Of a DNA stretch of 64,000 nt, positions 11,125 through 23,434 are shown one piece after another. The position numbers were made by a program, and so were the translations under genes. This DNA is from Macrostomum lignano. Taxonomy: Eukaryota. Location of the stretch: assembly GCA_002269645.1 (NCBI GenBank), contig NIVC01001483.1:186001-250000 (forward strand). Reading direction: 5' to 3'. Positions within the stretch are counted from its first letter, which is position 1. Each line of letters starts with the position of its first letter. The notes under the pieces were generated by a model, which did no database searches, was not told the DNA's origin, and saw nothing but the letters and a program-made list of their open reading frames with translations.

Positions 11125-12765
11125 GTCTGGGAGGCTGGCTCAGCAACTGAGGATCTGGGAGGCTGGTCCAGAAATTGAGGATCTGGGAGGCTGGCTCAGC
11201 AACTGAGGATCTGGGAGGCTGGTCCAGAAACTGGGGATCTGGGAGGCTGGCTCAGCAACTGAGGATCTGGGAGGCTGGCTCAGCAGCTGACACCATGAGA
11301 GGATGGCCCAGCAACTGGGGATCTGGGAGGCTGGCCCAGCAACTGGGGATCTGGGAGGCTGGCCCAGCAACTGAGGATCTGGGAGGCTGGCCCAGCAGCT
11401 GGGGATCTGGGAGGCTGGCCCAGCAACTGAGGATCTGGGAGGCTGGCCCAGCAACTGAGGATCTGGGAGGCTGGCCCAGCAACTGGGGATCTGGGAGGCT
11501 GGCCCAGCAACTGACGATCTGGGAGGCTAGTCCAGCAACTGACGATCTGGGAGGCTGGCCCAGCAACTGAGGATCTGGGAGGCTGGCCCAGCAACTGAGG
11601 ATCTGGGAAGCTGTGGCCCAGCAACTGAGGATCTAAGAGGCTGTGGCCCAGCAACTGAGGATCTAAGAGGCTGCCTCAGCAACTGAGGATCTGGGAGGCT
11701 GGCTCAGCAGCTGACACCATGAGAGGCTGGCCCAGCAACTGGGGATCTGGGAGGCTGGCCCAGCAACTGAGGATCTGGGAGGCTGGCCCAGCAACTGGGG
11801 ATCTGGGAGGCTGGCCCAGCAACTGAGGATCTGGGAGGCTGGTGACCCAGCAACTGAGGATCTGGGAGGCTGGCCCAGCAACTGGGGATCTGGGAGGCTG
11901 GCCCAGCAACTGACGATCTGGGAGGCTGGTCCAGCAACTGACGATCTGGGAGGCTGGCCCAGCAACTGAGGATCTGGGAGGCTGGCCCAGCAACTGAGGA
12001 TCTGGGAAGCTGTGGCCCAGCAACTGAGGATCTAAGAGGCTGTGGCCCAGCAACTGAGGATCTAAGAGGCTGCCTCAGCAACTGAGGATCTGGGAGGCTG
12101 GCTCAGCAGCTGACACCATGAGAGGCTGGCCCAGCAACTGGGGATCTGGGAGGCTGGCCCAGCAACTGAGGATCTGGGAGGCTGGCCCAGCAACTGGGGA
12201 TCTGGGAGGCTGGCCCAGCAACTGAGGATCTGGGAGGCTGGTGACCCAGCAACTGAGGATCTGGGAGGCTGGCCCAGCAACTGGGGATCTGGGAGGCTGG
12301 CCCAGCAACTGACGATCTGGGAGGCTGGTCCAGCAACTGACGATCTGGGAGGCTGGCCCAGCAACTGAGGATCTGGGAGGCTAGCCCAGCAACTGAGGAT
12401 CTGGGAAGCTGTGGCCCAGCAACTGAGGATCTGGGAGGCTGGCCCAGCAACTGAGGATCTAAGAGGCTGCCTCAGCAACTGAGGATCTGGGAGGCTGCCT
12501 CAGCAACTGAGGATCTGGGAGGCTGGCCCAGCAACTGAGGATCTGGGAGGCTGGCCCAGCAACTGGGGATCTGGGAGGCTGGCCCAGCAACTGACGATCT
12601 GGGAGGCTGGTCCAGCAACTGAGGATCTGGGAGGCTGCCTCAGCAACTGAGGATCTGGGAGGCTGCCTCAGCAACTGAGGATCTGGGAGGCTGGCCCAGA
12701 GACTGAAGATCTGGGAGGCTGGCCCAGAGACTGAGGATCTGGGAGGCTGGCCCAGCAACTGAGGC
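11125..12765 (+). repeat. 28-bp minisatellite family A (GGATCTGGGAGGCTGGCCCAGCAACTGA)n with a 399-bp higher-order duplication
   Basis: Visible array. The variant pattern recurs at a 399-nt offset (ORFs ending 11663/12062 and 11676/12075). Confidence 0.95.
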
Positions 12766-13204
12766 GTGCTGTTGGCACAGAAGTCAACGTGAGCTCGTCA
12801 GTTATTGAAATTCTTAGTGCAGTTAATTACTACATAAAGTCATGGGTGGCCAAAGCCCCCCTAAGGCTATCATCCACTTCGCTCAACGCCGCCCCCCGCT
12901 GTGAGAAGTGGCCACAGCAAGAAGCCAGTGAATAAGAGTATGTGAGCTCCGCATTAATAAGCCTTGACAACAAAGCTCATTAGCTCCTTGACTCGAGAAA
13001 GTTAGCAGACAAAAAGCATCAGAGAAAACTCGGACAGATGAAATCCAGCAGTGCCACTAATGAGACATGCCCGTGACAGGTAAGGACGACGATGCAGCGA
13101 GGTTAAGGTCACACAGACGCAGGAAAGGACTGAGGCGTTGTAATTGTGTATACGCGAATGTGATTCTCGTAAAGAGTGAAACTAATAAAAAGATTTTTTG
13201 AAAA

Positions 13205-13962
13205 AAAGACAGTGAGACAGAGAGAGAGAGGGAGACAGTGAGACAGAGGCTGAGAGGGAGACAGTGAGACAGAGGCAGAGAGGGAGACAGTGAGACAGAG
13301 GGTGAGAGGGGAGACAGTGAGACAGTGAGTGAGAGGGGAGACAGTGAGACAGAGGGTGAGAGGGAGACAGTGAGACAGAGAGTGAGAGGGAGACAGTGAG
13401 ACAGAGAGTGAGAGGGAGACAGTGAGACAGAGAGTGAGAGGGGAGACAGTGAGACAAGAGGGTGAGAAGGGAGACAGTGAGACAGAGGGTGAGAGGGAGA
13501 CAGTGAGACAGAGAGTGAGAGGGAGACAGTGAGACAGAGGGTGAGAGGGGAGACAGTGAGACAGAGAGTGAGAGGGGAGACAGTGAGACAGAGAGTGAGA
13601 GGGAGACAGTGAGACAGAGGGTGAGAGGGGAGACAGTGAGACAGAGAGTGAGAGGGAGACAGTGAGACAGAGAGTGAGAGGGAGACAGTGAGACAGAGGG
13701 TGAGAGGGAGACAGTGAGACAGAGAGTGAGAGGGGAGACAGTGAGACAGAGAGTGAGAGGGAGACAGTGAGACAGAGAGTGAGAGGGAGACAGTGAGACA
13801 GAGAGTGAGAGGGAGACAGTGAGACAGAGGGTGAGAGGTAGACAGTGAGACAGAGGGTGAGAGGTAGACAGTGAGACAGAGAGTGAGAGGGAGACAGTGA
13901 GACAGAGGGTGAGAGGGAGACAGTGAGACAGAGGGTGAGAGGGGAGACAGTGAGACAGAGGA
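13205..13962. repeat. about 26-bp minisatellite (GACAGTGAGACAGAGAGTGAGAGGGA)n
   Basis: Visible tandem array. Confidence 0.95.
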
Positions 13963-14203
13963 CGAGAAAGCCGTTTTAATAATAGTTTTATCAAGAGCGG
14001 CAATCTCATATATTCTTTAAATTTAAGGTTCAAATAAAAAATGCCTTAGAAACACAGTTTTATTCAGTCTGTAAGTCATAGGTTATCAACTAATTAGCAG
14101 GTGACCGACAGGTGACCAAATTGCAAAGTGAATTATTATATTAGTTCCAATTGAATGGGACAAACAAACAAGCAGTGTTCAGAGCTACAGTTGGACAAAC
14201 TAA

Positions 14204-14743
14204 TCAAGGATAGTACTTCTGCCGGTAGAGCCGATAGTCCCATGGTGAATGGCGCCTCACGTGATAGGGCTCGTAAGGATCATCCGGGTACCAACGCGGC
14301 CGGCAGATGTCCTTGCTGAGCAGATTCTTAACCAAATAATTCTCATTAGTAGAGCAGAACACGTGCTGTTGCAGTCTATTCACGTAGGCCTCCGGCTTCC
14401 TGTGCACTTTGGTGTTCCTGCCAGGCAGGGCGTGGATCACGGCACCATTGTTCATCACTTTGAACCGTTTCACAGCGGCTGGGACAGCCAGATCGGAGTT
14501 GCCCTCCTCGTCAAGGTAGTACTTTCTGTGCTGACGCGGCCACCTCAGCGGGTTCTCCATGACCGTGTCGGTTTTGAAGATGGGCGGTGAAGGGTGCAGC
14601 TTGGTGCGCCAGCGGGTGTGGAAGCGCAGAAGCTCGTCGGCGCGTCTGATAGCCTGGAGGGGTCGGGGTGGCTTCACTCTTGACTGCTGGACAGCCTCAT
14701 GATGGCGGCTGCTATTGGATTGAGCTAACTTGGGGGGGGGAGT
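14204..14743 (-). CDS. MRPL35: mitochondrial ribosomal protein bL35m (main or terminal exon; start codon not located)
   Basis: AVKRF...RLQQHVFCSTNENYLVKNLLSKDICRPRWYPDDPYEPYH aligns with the animal MRPL35 C-terminus (AVIDRF...RLREFVFC...RRNWYVDDPYQKYH). Phase-0 acceptor cctgtctcag at 14744-14745, and AATAAA about 140 nt downstream. Confidence 0.8.
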   Translation of the reverse strand, partial: TPPPKLAQSNSSRHHEAVQQSRVKPPRPLQAIRRADELLRFHTRWRTKLHPSPPIFKTDTVMENPLRWPRQHRKYYLDEEGNSDLAVPAAVKRFKVMNNGAVIHALPGRNTKVHRKPEAYVNRLQQHVFCSTNENYLVKNLLSKDICRPRWYPDDPYEPYHVRRHSPWDYRLYRQKYYP

Positions 14744-14759
14744 CTGAGACAGGTGCAAA

Positions 14760-15665
14760 AGGAGAGTGAGAGACTGAGATGGAGAATGGGGAGGGGAGTT
14801 GGAGGGAGAGTGAGAAGAAGAGTGTGAGAGGGAGGAGGGAGTATGGGAGAGGGAAAGTCGGAGAAGAGTGAGAGGGAGTGTGAGAGAGGGAGAGTCGGAG
14901 AGGGTGTGAGAAGGAGAGTGGGAGAGGAGAGTGTGAGAGAGGGAGACTGGGAGAGGGAGAGTTTGGGAGAGGGAGTGTGGGAGAGGGAGAGTATGGGAGA
15001 GAGTCGGAGAGGGAGAGTGGGAGAGGGAGAGTGCGAGAGGGAGAGTGTGAGAGGGAGAGTGAGAGAGGGAGAGTCGGAGAGGGTGTGAGAAGGAGAGTGG
15101 GAGAGGAGAGAGTGTGAGAGAGGGAGACTGGGAGAGGGAGAGTGTGGGAGAGGGAGTGTGGGAGAGGGAGAGTGCGAGAGGGAGAGTGGGAGAGGAGAGA
15201 GTGTGAGAGAGGGAGACTGGGAGAGGGAGAGTGTGGGAGAGGGAGTGTGGGAGAGGGAGAGTGCGAGAGGGAGAGTGGGAGAGGAGAGAGTGTGAGAGAG
15301 GGAGAGTGGGAGAGGGAGAGTGTCGGAGGGAGTCGGAGAGGGAGATTGGGAGAGGGTGTGAGAGGGAGAGTGGGGGAGGAGGGAGTGTGAGAGAGGGAGA
15401 GTGGGAGAGGGAGAGTGTGGGAGAGGGAGTGTGGGAGAGGGAGAGTGCGAGAGGGAGAGTGGGAGAGGAGAGAGTGTGAGAGAGGGAGACTGGGAGAGGG
15501 AGAGTGTGGGAGAGGGAGTGTGGGAGAGGGAGAGTGCGAGAGGGTGTGAGAGGGAGAGTGGGGGAGGAGGGAGTGTGAGAGAGGGAGAGTGGGAGAGGGT
15601 GTGAGAGGGAGAGTGGGGGAGGAGGGAGTGTGAGAGAGGGAGAGTGGGAGAGGGAGAGTCTGGGA
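14760..15665. repeat. purine-rich degenerate GA/GT minisatellite
   Basis: Visible low-complexity array directly upstream of the MRPL35 acceptor. Confidence 0.9.
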
Positions 15666-16378
15666 GACAGGATGAGGCAGTGGGACAGCGACAGCAGAGC
15701 TGACAGGAAGTGAAGAGGTGCAGCCTAACAAAGCCGCTAGCACAGCAATTCCAAAAAAAGAATCAAAACAAAGCCTGAATGAAACTGAATTTAAAAAAGC
15801 AGATTGAAAACCAAATCGAAATTCGCATATTAATATAATCCTCAAGAAGATAAAGAGAATTAAACGGATGCGGTGAAAGCCACATTAATTCAACCAGCAG
15901 CACCCCATGCCCAACAGTTCTCTCCCAACTCTCTCTCTATCCTCAAATTAGTGCGTCATTCAAGCTGCCTGTCACCCAATCTGAAGCCACGCGCCCTCAG
16001 ACAGACAGACAGGCAGGCAGGCAGCTCTCTGACGGGATGCAGCCGGGTGGACACTGGGAATAGCTACTGCCAATCTTCCCCACTCCCCTCTCCCGTTCTA
16101 TAGCATCGGGGCCACACACCTTGCTGACACCCCCGCCCCACTCGGCAGCTCTATAAGCCTCTTGATTCCTTCAAACAGGGCTCTCCGAGGAGTTACAGAC
16201 AGACAGACAGGTGTCTGTCACATGGACGGGGGCCTATATAGGAATGAATGAATGAATAAGGGATATGTGAACTGCGGGGTTACTGGGATACAGGTAGAGG
16301 GCGACGACACAAATTGCGACTTAAACTGCAAGATGGCGGGGGTTGCGCCCAGAGACCTTCTTTAATTGAATAATGCTT

Positions 16379-16788
16379 TAGTCAGTCAGTCAGTCAGTCA
16401 GTCAGTCAGTCAGTCAGTCAGTCAGTCAGTCAATCAGTCAGTCAGTCAGTCACTCAGTCAGTCAGTCAGTCACTCAGTCAGTCAGTCAGTCAGTCAGTCA
16501 GTCAGTCAGTCAGTCAGTCAGTCAGTCAGTCAGTCAGTCAGTCAGTCAGTCAGTCAGTCAGTCAGTCAGTCAGTCAGTCAGTCAGTCAGTCAGTCAGTCA
16601 GTCAGTCAGTCAGTCAGTCAGTCAGTCAGTCAGTCAGTCAGTCAGTCAGTCAGTCAGTCAGTCAGTCAGTCAGTCAGTCAGTCAGTCAGTCAGTCAGTCA
16701 GTCAGTCAGTCAGTCAGTCAGTCAGTCAGTCAGTCAGTCAGTCAGTCAGTCAGTCAGTCAGTCAGTCAGTCAGTCAGTCAGTCAGTCA
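16379..16788. repeat. (CAGT)n microsatellite, about 100 units
   Basis: Near-perfect tetranucleotide run. Confidence 0.98.
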
Positions 16789-17009
16789 GAAAAAGCCACC
16801 GCCCGTTGAGACTACTTAAAAAACAAAATTAGTAGTAGTTTTTTAAGAAACAGACGACCTATTTTTGACATTATAAACGGAAACAGCTAAAAGATATAAA
16901 TAAGAAAACTAAACAAGCGATTATTACTCGTAATTTGCAGATTATTTACAGCAATATATTTCCTAAGATTTCACTTTACTGAACTTCTGCAGATTACAGG
17001 CAATGATTC

Positions 17010-17495
17010 TCGGAAAATGGGAATTTGGATTCTAAGAATGGGGATTGTTTTGGGATTCTTAGAATGGGGATTGTTTTGGGATTCTTAGAATGGGGATTGT
17101 TTTGGGATTCTTAGAATGGGGATTGTTTTGGGATTCTTAGAATGGGGATTGTTTTGGGATTCTTAGAATGGGGATTGTTGAGATTCTTAGAATGGGGATT
17201 GTTGAGATTCTTAGAATGGGGATTGTTTTGGGATTCTTAGAATGGGGATTGTTTTGGGATTCTTAGAACGGGGATTGTTTTGGGATTCTTAGAATGGGGA
17301 TTGTTGGGATTCTAAGAATGGGGATTGTTGGAAATCTTGGAATGGGGAGTGTTGAGATTCTTAGAATGGGGATTTTTGGGATTCTAAGAATGTGGATTAT
17401 TGGCATTCTAAGAATGGGGATTATTGGGATTCTAAGAATGGGGATTGTTGGGATTCTAAGAATGGGGATTAGGATTCTTAGAATGCGGATTGGTA
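17010..17495 (+). repeat. about 24-26-bp minisatellite family B (GGGATTCTWAGAATGGGGATTGTT)n
   Basis: Visible array. Same family as 18330-19060 and, inverted, 19665-20330. Confidence 0.9.
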
Positions 17496-17637
17496 TTTAA
17501 AAACAAAATTGGGGGATGTTAATTGCAGTGAGCAAATGTACTTCAAACATGCAAATAGAACAATTTAAAAATGCACAGGAAAGATCCGCACAGCTACATA
17601 TACAATTATTGACAGAGCTGTCAGTCATATTTAGATT

Positions 17638-18171
17638 TTAAGGAAACAGATGCCGCCTCTTATTGGGCAACAAAGACTGGCCGTCCCGTCGACTCAGCAA
17701 CCGTTCAGCCTCTCGAATATGCCTCGGCTGCAGCGGGCCCACATCGCCAAGTCGCTGGCGAACATTCAGAGCCTCTTCAACAATTTCACCAACGTAGACT
17801 TTGGCTATGCCAGCCACGGCTATGACGACATTCTGGGACACCTGGCTGACACCCGAGGCCTGCGTGATGAGCCGCTTAACCGAGGCCTTCGCGAAGGCTG
17901 CCCGCCTGTACTTCTCAAACCGGTTGAGCTGCTCCTCTGAGAAGTGCGAGATCAGCGCTTGAAGCCGCTTGCGCTCCTCCGCCTTGGCCTCGTCATCTTC
18001 GACTCCCAGCGGCTCCGGCAGGTCCGTCTCCGCGTCCGGCTCGACGTCCGGCTCCGTGTCCGGCTCTGCGTCTGGAGCCAGATCGGCGCCAGAACCGGAC
18101 GGCTCTTCGTCAATGGCGCCAGCGTCTGCGGAAGCGGCGGCGGCCGCTGCTGATCCGGCTAAGTCTGACAT
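17638..18171 (-). CDS. TAF11: TFIID subunit 11 (TAFII28 histone-fold), intronless, 177 aa
   Basis: Acidic N-terminus then [64 protein letters not shown], the TAF11 signature. Confidence 0.95.
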   Translation of the reverse strand: MSDLAGSAAAAAASADAGAIDEEPSGSGADLAPDAEPDTEPDVEPDAETDLPEPLGVEDDEAKAEERKRLQALISHFSEEQLNRFEKYRRAAFAKASVKRLITQASGVSQVSQNVVIAVAGIAKVYVGEIVEEALNVRQRLGDVGPLQPRHIREAERLLSRRDGQSLLPNKRRHLFP

Positions 18172-18329
18172 TTTGCTGCAAACTCAGCGATAGTGGGGAG
18201 GGGGGAGCGTTGACTGTAAAATTGAAAACAGATACATGAATTAAAACTAACTTTTTTTTACTTTTATGCTTCAGTTAGAAGATTTTTAAATACTTAATGC
18301 AAAGCTAATATTCTAACAAAGATTCGGGG

Positions 18330-19060
18330 ATTCAGAATCAGCTTTGGGGAATTAATTTGGGATTCTGAGGATGGAGACTGGGATTCTAAAAATAAGTATC
18401 GGGATTCTAAGAAAGGGGATTGGGATTCTTAGAAGTGGGATTAAGATCTTAGAATTGGGATTCGGAATCTAAGAATGGGAATTGGGATTCTTAGAAGTGG
18501 GATTAAGATCTTAGAATTGGGATTGGGAATCTAAGAATGGGAATTGGGATTCTAAGAATGGGGATTGAGATTTCAAGAATGGGGGGTCAGGATTCTAAGA
18601 TTATGGATTGTTGGGATTCTAATAACGGGGATTGTTGGCATTCTTAGAATGGAGATTTTTGCGATTCTAAGAATGGAGATTGTTGGGATTCTAAGAATGG
18701 GGATTGTTGGGATTCTAAGAATGGGGATTGTTGGGATTCTAAGAATGGAGATTTTTGCGATTATAAGAATGGGGATTGTTTGGATTCTAAGAATGGGGAT
18801 TGTTTGGATTTTAAGAATGGGAATTGTTTGGATTCTTAGAATGGGGATTGTTTGGATTTTAAGAATGGGAATTGTTTGGATTCTAAGAATGGGGATTGTT
18901 GGGATTCTAAGAATGGGGATTGAGATTTTGAGAATGGAGATTGGGATTCTGATAATGGGGATTGGGATTCTGAGAATGGAGATTGGGATTCTGAGAATGG
19001 GGATTGGTATTCTAAGAATTGGGATCGGCATTCTAAGAATGGGTATTGAGACTCTTACTA
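18330..19060 (+). repeat. minisatellite family B array
   Basis: GGGATTCTAAGAATGG units. Confidence 0.9.
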
Positions 19061-19664
19061 ATGGTAATTGGGGAAGCAAAAGGCAAACATAATGCTTAGT
19101 AACTATATGAAAAATAAGATGCATATTTCATGAAAAACACAGAATACGATGGCTTTAAGCTGAAAAATAGAAGGCAGCAAGAAGTTGTTGTGTAAGTCAG
19201 AATCCAGATATAAAAACATTCAGTCAGAAAAAATACATCTAATTGGCCAAGTTTGGAAGGCAAATTGTTTGAAAAAGGCATTCCTGATCACATAGCACTG
19301 CGCGATAAAAAGCGCGATAAAAATAAAAAAAATCGCCGAAACTTTAATTGGAAACTACACGAAGGGAATGAGGCTGAGTTTGTGAAGAGTAAAACGGCGC
19401 ACGCCAAAAATAACTAAAAAGAGAGCGTGTACACTGCTGGTACTACTAACGAAACTATAATCTATTCATTCATTTAGAGGAAACAAATTTTGGCAAAAAT
19501 ACGAATTGAGAACAGCTGTTGAGCATCAGGGTTGGGAAGAATCGAAATAAAAAGTCATAATCATAATTTCACTTAAAGCTAGGAATCTCAATTCTTAAGA
19601 AGCTTAATACTCATGCTAGGATAAATATAGTTCTTTACGTATAAAGCATATTTTTCATTCTAGG

Positions 19665-20330
19665 AATCCACAATGATCCTCATTCTAGGAATCCCAATCC
19701 CTCATTCTACGAGTAGGATTCCCAATCCATCATTCTAGGAATCCAAATCTCTCATTCTAGGAATCCCAATCCCGAATTCTAGGAATCCCGAATTCTCGTT
19801 CTAGGAATCCAAATCCCTCATTCTAGGAATCCAAATCCCTCATTCTAGGAATCTAAATCCCTCATTCTAGGAATCCAAATCCCTCATTCTAGGAATCCCA
19901 ATCCCTCATTCTAGGAATCCCGAATTCTCGTTCTAGGAATCCAAATCCCTCATTCTAGGAATCCAAATCCCTCATTCTAGGAATCCATATCCCTCATTCT
20001 AGGAACCCCAATCCTCAATCTAGGAATCACAATCTTCATTCTAGGAACCCCAAGCCTCATTCTAGGAATCCACAATGATCCTCAATCTAGGAATCCCAAT
20101 ACTGATTCCAGGAACACCAATCCTCATTCTAGGAACCCCAATCCTCATTCTAGGAACCCCAATACTGATTCTAGGAATCCCAAGCCTCATTGTAGAAATC
20201 ACAATCTTCATTCTAGGAATCCACCATGATCTTCATTTTAGGAATCCCAAGCCTCATTCTAGGAATCCCAATCCTCATTTTAGGAATCCCAAGCCTCTTT
20301 TCTAGGAATTCCTAATCTAGGAATTAAAGG
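19665..20330 (-). repeat. minisatellite family B array, inverted (ATCCCTCATTCTAGGAATCCC)n
   Basis: Reverse complement GGGATTCCTAGAATGAGGGAT matches family B. Confidence 0.85.
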
Positions 20331-20506
20331 TTTTCAGAGTCAAGAAACAAGTAACAACATAGATTTGTGCACAGCAAAATCTAAATTTAAATTTAAAGAA
20401 CAAATGTCTGAAAATAATCTATAAAAATAATTAACTGATGCTCTTGTGAACTTTGCTGAAAAATTAATTAATAAAAAAGATCAGAGGTTCAGGCAAGCTG
20501 CATCCA

Positions 20507-21289
20507 TCAGCCCCAGCGCCTCAGACAGAACTTGGCACCGAACCACAGGACCGAACCGGCGGCAGCGCAGAAGGCGGTGTTCAGTGCGACGCTGCTCACA
20601 AAAATGGTTCGAGTTCGCTGTTGAAACTCGGCCGCATCGTTGACCCTGGGAAACGGCACCCCGGGCACAGGCACGCCCAGGAACTGGCACAGCGGCTCCC
20701 AGCCTTCGGCCACTCGAAACACCAACAGACGCTCCTTTGGAATGCTTCGAATAACGTCCTCAACGTGACGATCAAATATCCTGATAAGCTCTTCGTCAGT
20801 AGCGTCGAGGTCAAGTCGCAGTCGCTGATCGAACAGCACCTCCTTCAGCTTGACAATGTAGTACAGTCCAATCAGGTGAAGCAGTGGGGTCAGCACCATC
20901 TGGATCACCTTGGCTAGTCGCAGAACTGTGCCTCTCATGCTAGTTGCCCATCGTTTAGGATCGCGCACGCTCAGCACAAACCTCGCATCCGGATAGATCC
21001 TGGCCAAGTCTTTGTAGAACAGGCAAGCTGGAAAATCTGCGGTAGCTTGGAAACCGCAGAATATTTTGTCAGCCAATTCTCTGGTCAAGCCGTTAGTTGA
21101 GGCCTGGTACCACAGCTTCAGATGCGAACGATTCTCGTGTAGAATATAGTCCATATGGTAGCACCTGCCACCCAGCAGGATCTCGAATGCTTTCATCTGC
21201 GAATTGGTGCCAGTGCGCATCAGGCCTACACTGATCACCTGAAGATTGCTACGATCCGTGTCCTCAAACTGACGCCTAGTTGACGTCAT
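20507..21289 (-). CDS. Sulfotransfer_4/SmSULT-like sulfotransferase, copy 1 (260 aa, C-terminal TM)
   Basis: PAPS-binding loop VISVGLMRTGTNS, CYHM, TADFP, RDPKRW, RLLVFRVAEGWEPLCQFLGVPVP..FPRVND, and a hydrophobic tail. Confidence 0.9.
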   Translation of the reverse strand: MTSTRRQFEDTDRSNLQVISVGLMRTGTNSQMKAFEILLGGRCYHMDYILHENRSHLKLWYQASTNGLTRELADKIFCGFQATADFPACLFYKDLARIYPDARFVLSVRDPKRWATSMRGTVLRLAKVIQMVLTPLLHLIGLYYIVKLKEVLFDQRLRLDLDATDEELIRIFDRHVEDVIRSIPKERLLVFRVAEGWEPLCQFLGVPVPGVPFPRVNDAAEFQQRTRTIFVSSVALNTAFCAAAGSVLWFGAKFCLRRWG

Positions 21290-22597
21290 GCTCAGTCAGT
21301 TTGACTGGATGAGAAATCTGAAAGACAGGTTAAAACAGGTCTGTGATAACACTAGTAGATATTGTTCCTGTTTGGACTATAGCTTGTGTTGTTTTTGTTT
21401 TAATTTTCTGACTTCAAATCGAGTTCTAAGGAGTTGAGAACGGCAGAGTGCTCTCCAGAAATGATGCATTAATTAAAAGTCAAAATGTGAATATCCACAT
21501 AAAGAACAAAACAAGCTATACACATATACAATATTTGAGGTATTTTGTCAACTAGATGAACTTTAAACTTTGCTCAAAGGAGTCGGGTTTGAAGAATTGC
21601 CTCAAGAAGATCACAAAGGCGGTCATGGGTGCAAGAGCTGGACTCTGGGGGGAGAAAAGTATGGAGACACTCACAGAGTTTGAAATGAAATTTTACAGAA
21701 GAATGCCCACGGCCATGTCGGCATCTTATAAAATCTTACAACCTTGATAATACAATCGAATGCTCATTCTGTTGAGTTAAAAGCCCCGAATTCGAGCCAA
21801 CTACTCGTAGTTCCGATCGCTAGAGTTTGAACAGTAGTAGTAGTATATTAAGCTTTACACTAGACGTTTGTGCACTATGAAAATCAAAATCAAAATCAAA
21901 ATCAATTTAAAATAGTCTCGGAATATTCATAAGTTTATTTATCACAAATACAAGCTTCGTAAAAAAGGTTTATATAAATATATACGCTACTAATTCTATT
22001 GAGTGATTATTTATTTAGTACTAAAATTGATCTCAAAATTTAATAAAAAATCCAAATATACAAAATCCACTATACTAAAAATTATAAATCTAAATCACAA
22101 CCCATTGTCCTAGAATGCTTTAATCAAGATAAATTTGTGATATAAAAAAATCGATTTATCACAAAAGACCATTAAAACGTTCTACAGTGAAAGCAACAAG
22201 GTGTAAAACTTGGATTCAGCAATATTGAAAAGTCTCAATCTTTGCGAGTAACGCAACTCAGCTACGCCGCGACAGACTTGCGTTGAGGAATGAAGTGGGG
22301 GGAGCGGTGTGCGAGGGTTGGACGGATTACGAGAGCTACCCCAATCAGTTTTCTCGTAGATTTTATTTCAGAATAGTCCAAAGAGAAATCGCACTGGCGC
22401 ATAGAGTGGCGACTTTTCAATGTTGCTGAGTCTATTATTTAGAAGGCACCTTGTGATTGTCTAAAACTAAATAAAAAGTTGTAACGTCATATAATTCGAT
22501 GTCTAATATTGAGAAGACATAAAAGTGGTAACTCGCAGATTTCTTCCTGCTTTCCGTTTGATTTTATACTTGGCAGCCTGGAATTGAAACCTACAAG

Positions 22598-23359
22598 TCA
22601 AGAAGACCACAGCTGAAGACAGCGCTTAACACTGAACCAGACCGCAGCGCCAACAGCAGTACAGAAGGCCACATTCAGAACTGATCCGAAAAGTATAAAT
22701 GAACCAATTTTACGTTGAAATTCTTTGGTATCATTCACGCACGGGAATGGCACGTCCGGCACCGGTACATTCAAGAATTTGCACAACGGTTCCCAGCCGT
22801 CTGTGACTCTGAACACTAACAGGCGCTCCTTAGGAATAGTCCGAATCACGGCTTCAGTGTGCCGATCAAAAGCGACAGCAAGTTCCTGGTCAGACATGCC
22901 TTGATTCATTCCCATTCTAGGGAACATTGCAGTTTGCAATTTGTCCATGTAATTGAAGCCAATTAGCCAGGCTATTGGGGGCAGGATGTGTTTGCCAGCC
23001 GATTGGGCCTTGTAAACTGTAGCCCGGACACTCTGCACCCAGCCTTCGGGCTCGCGCAGGCTAAGAATAAATTTGGCTTCATGATAAATCTGCATCAACT
23101 CCGAATAGAAGTGAGCAGCTGGAAAGTCTGTGCAAGCTCGAAATTCGCTTAACATTTCGTCTGCGATTTCTTTTGTGAGACCTTCTGTAGCGGCTTTGAG
23201 CCACAGTTTCAAATGATGTCGCTTCTCCTCTATGATCACTTCCATATGGTAGCAGCGGCCGCCAAGCAGAATCTCTAGCGCCTTCATCTGCGAATTGGTG
23301 CCAGTTCGCATCAGGCCAGCGCCAATCACTATGGGGCCTGTTGAAGATTTCGATGCCAT
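22598..23359 (-). CDS. Sulfotransfer_4/SmSULT-like sulfotransferase, copy 2 (likely start MASKSS; in-frame ATG also at 23395)
   Basis: Same motifs (VIGAGLMRTGTNS, CTDFP, GWEPLCKFL) and N-terminal length matches the paralogs. Confidence 0.9.
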   Translation of the reverse strand: MASKSSTGPIVIGAGLMRTGTNSQMKALEILLGGRCYHMEVIIEEKRHHLKLWLKAATEGLTKEIADEMLSEFRACTDFPAAHFYSELMQIYHEAKFILSLREPEGWVQSVRATVYKAQSAGKHILPPIAWLIGFNYMDKLQTAMFPRMGMNQGMSDQELAVAFDRHTEAVIRTIPKERLLVFRVTDGWEPLCKFLNVPVPDVPFPCVNDTKEFQRKIGSFILFGSVLNVAFCTAVGAAVWFSVKRCLQLWSS

Positions 23360-23434
23360 GCAAAATAGCGTTGAATGCTTTGAGTTGTTAAACATGCTCT
23401 AGTCCCGTTAGCCAAGGCCAAGGCTAGCACAAAT

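Noticed and set aside
17010-20330. Heat-shock element arrays (TTC..GAA)
   Set aside because: Spacing is TTC-nnn-GAA (3 nt), not the 2-nt spacing of nGAAn inverted repeats.
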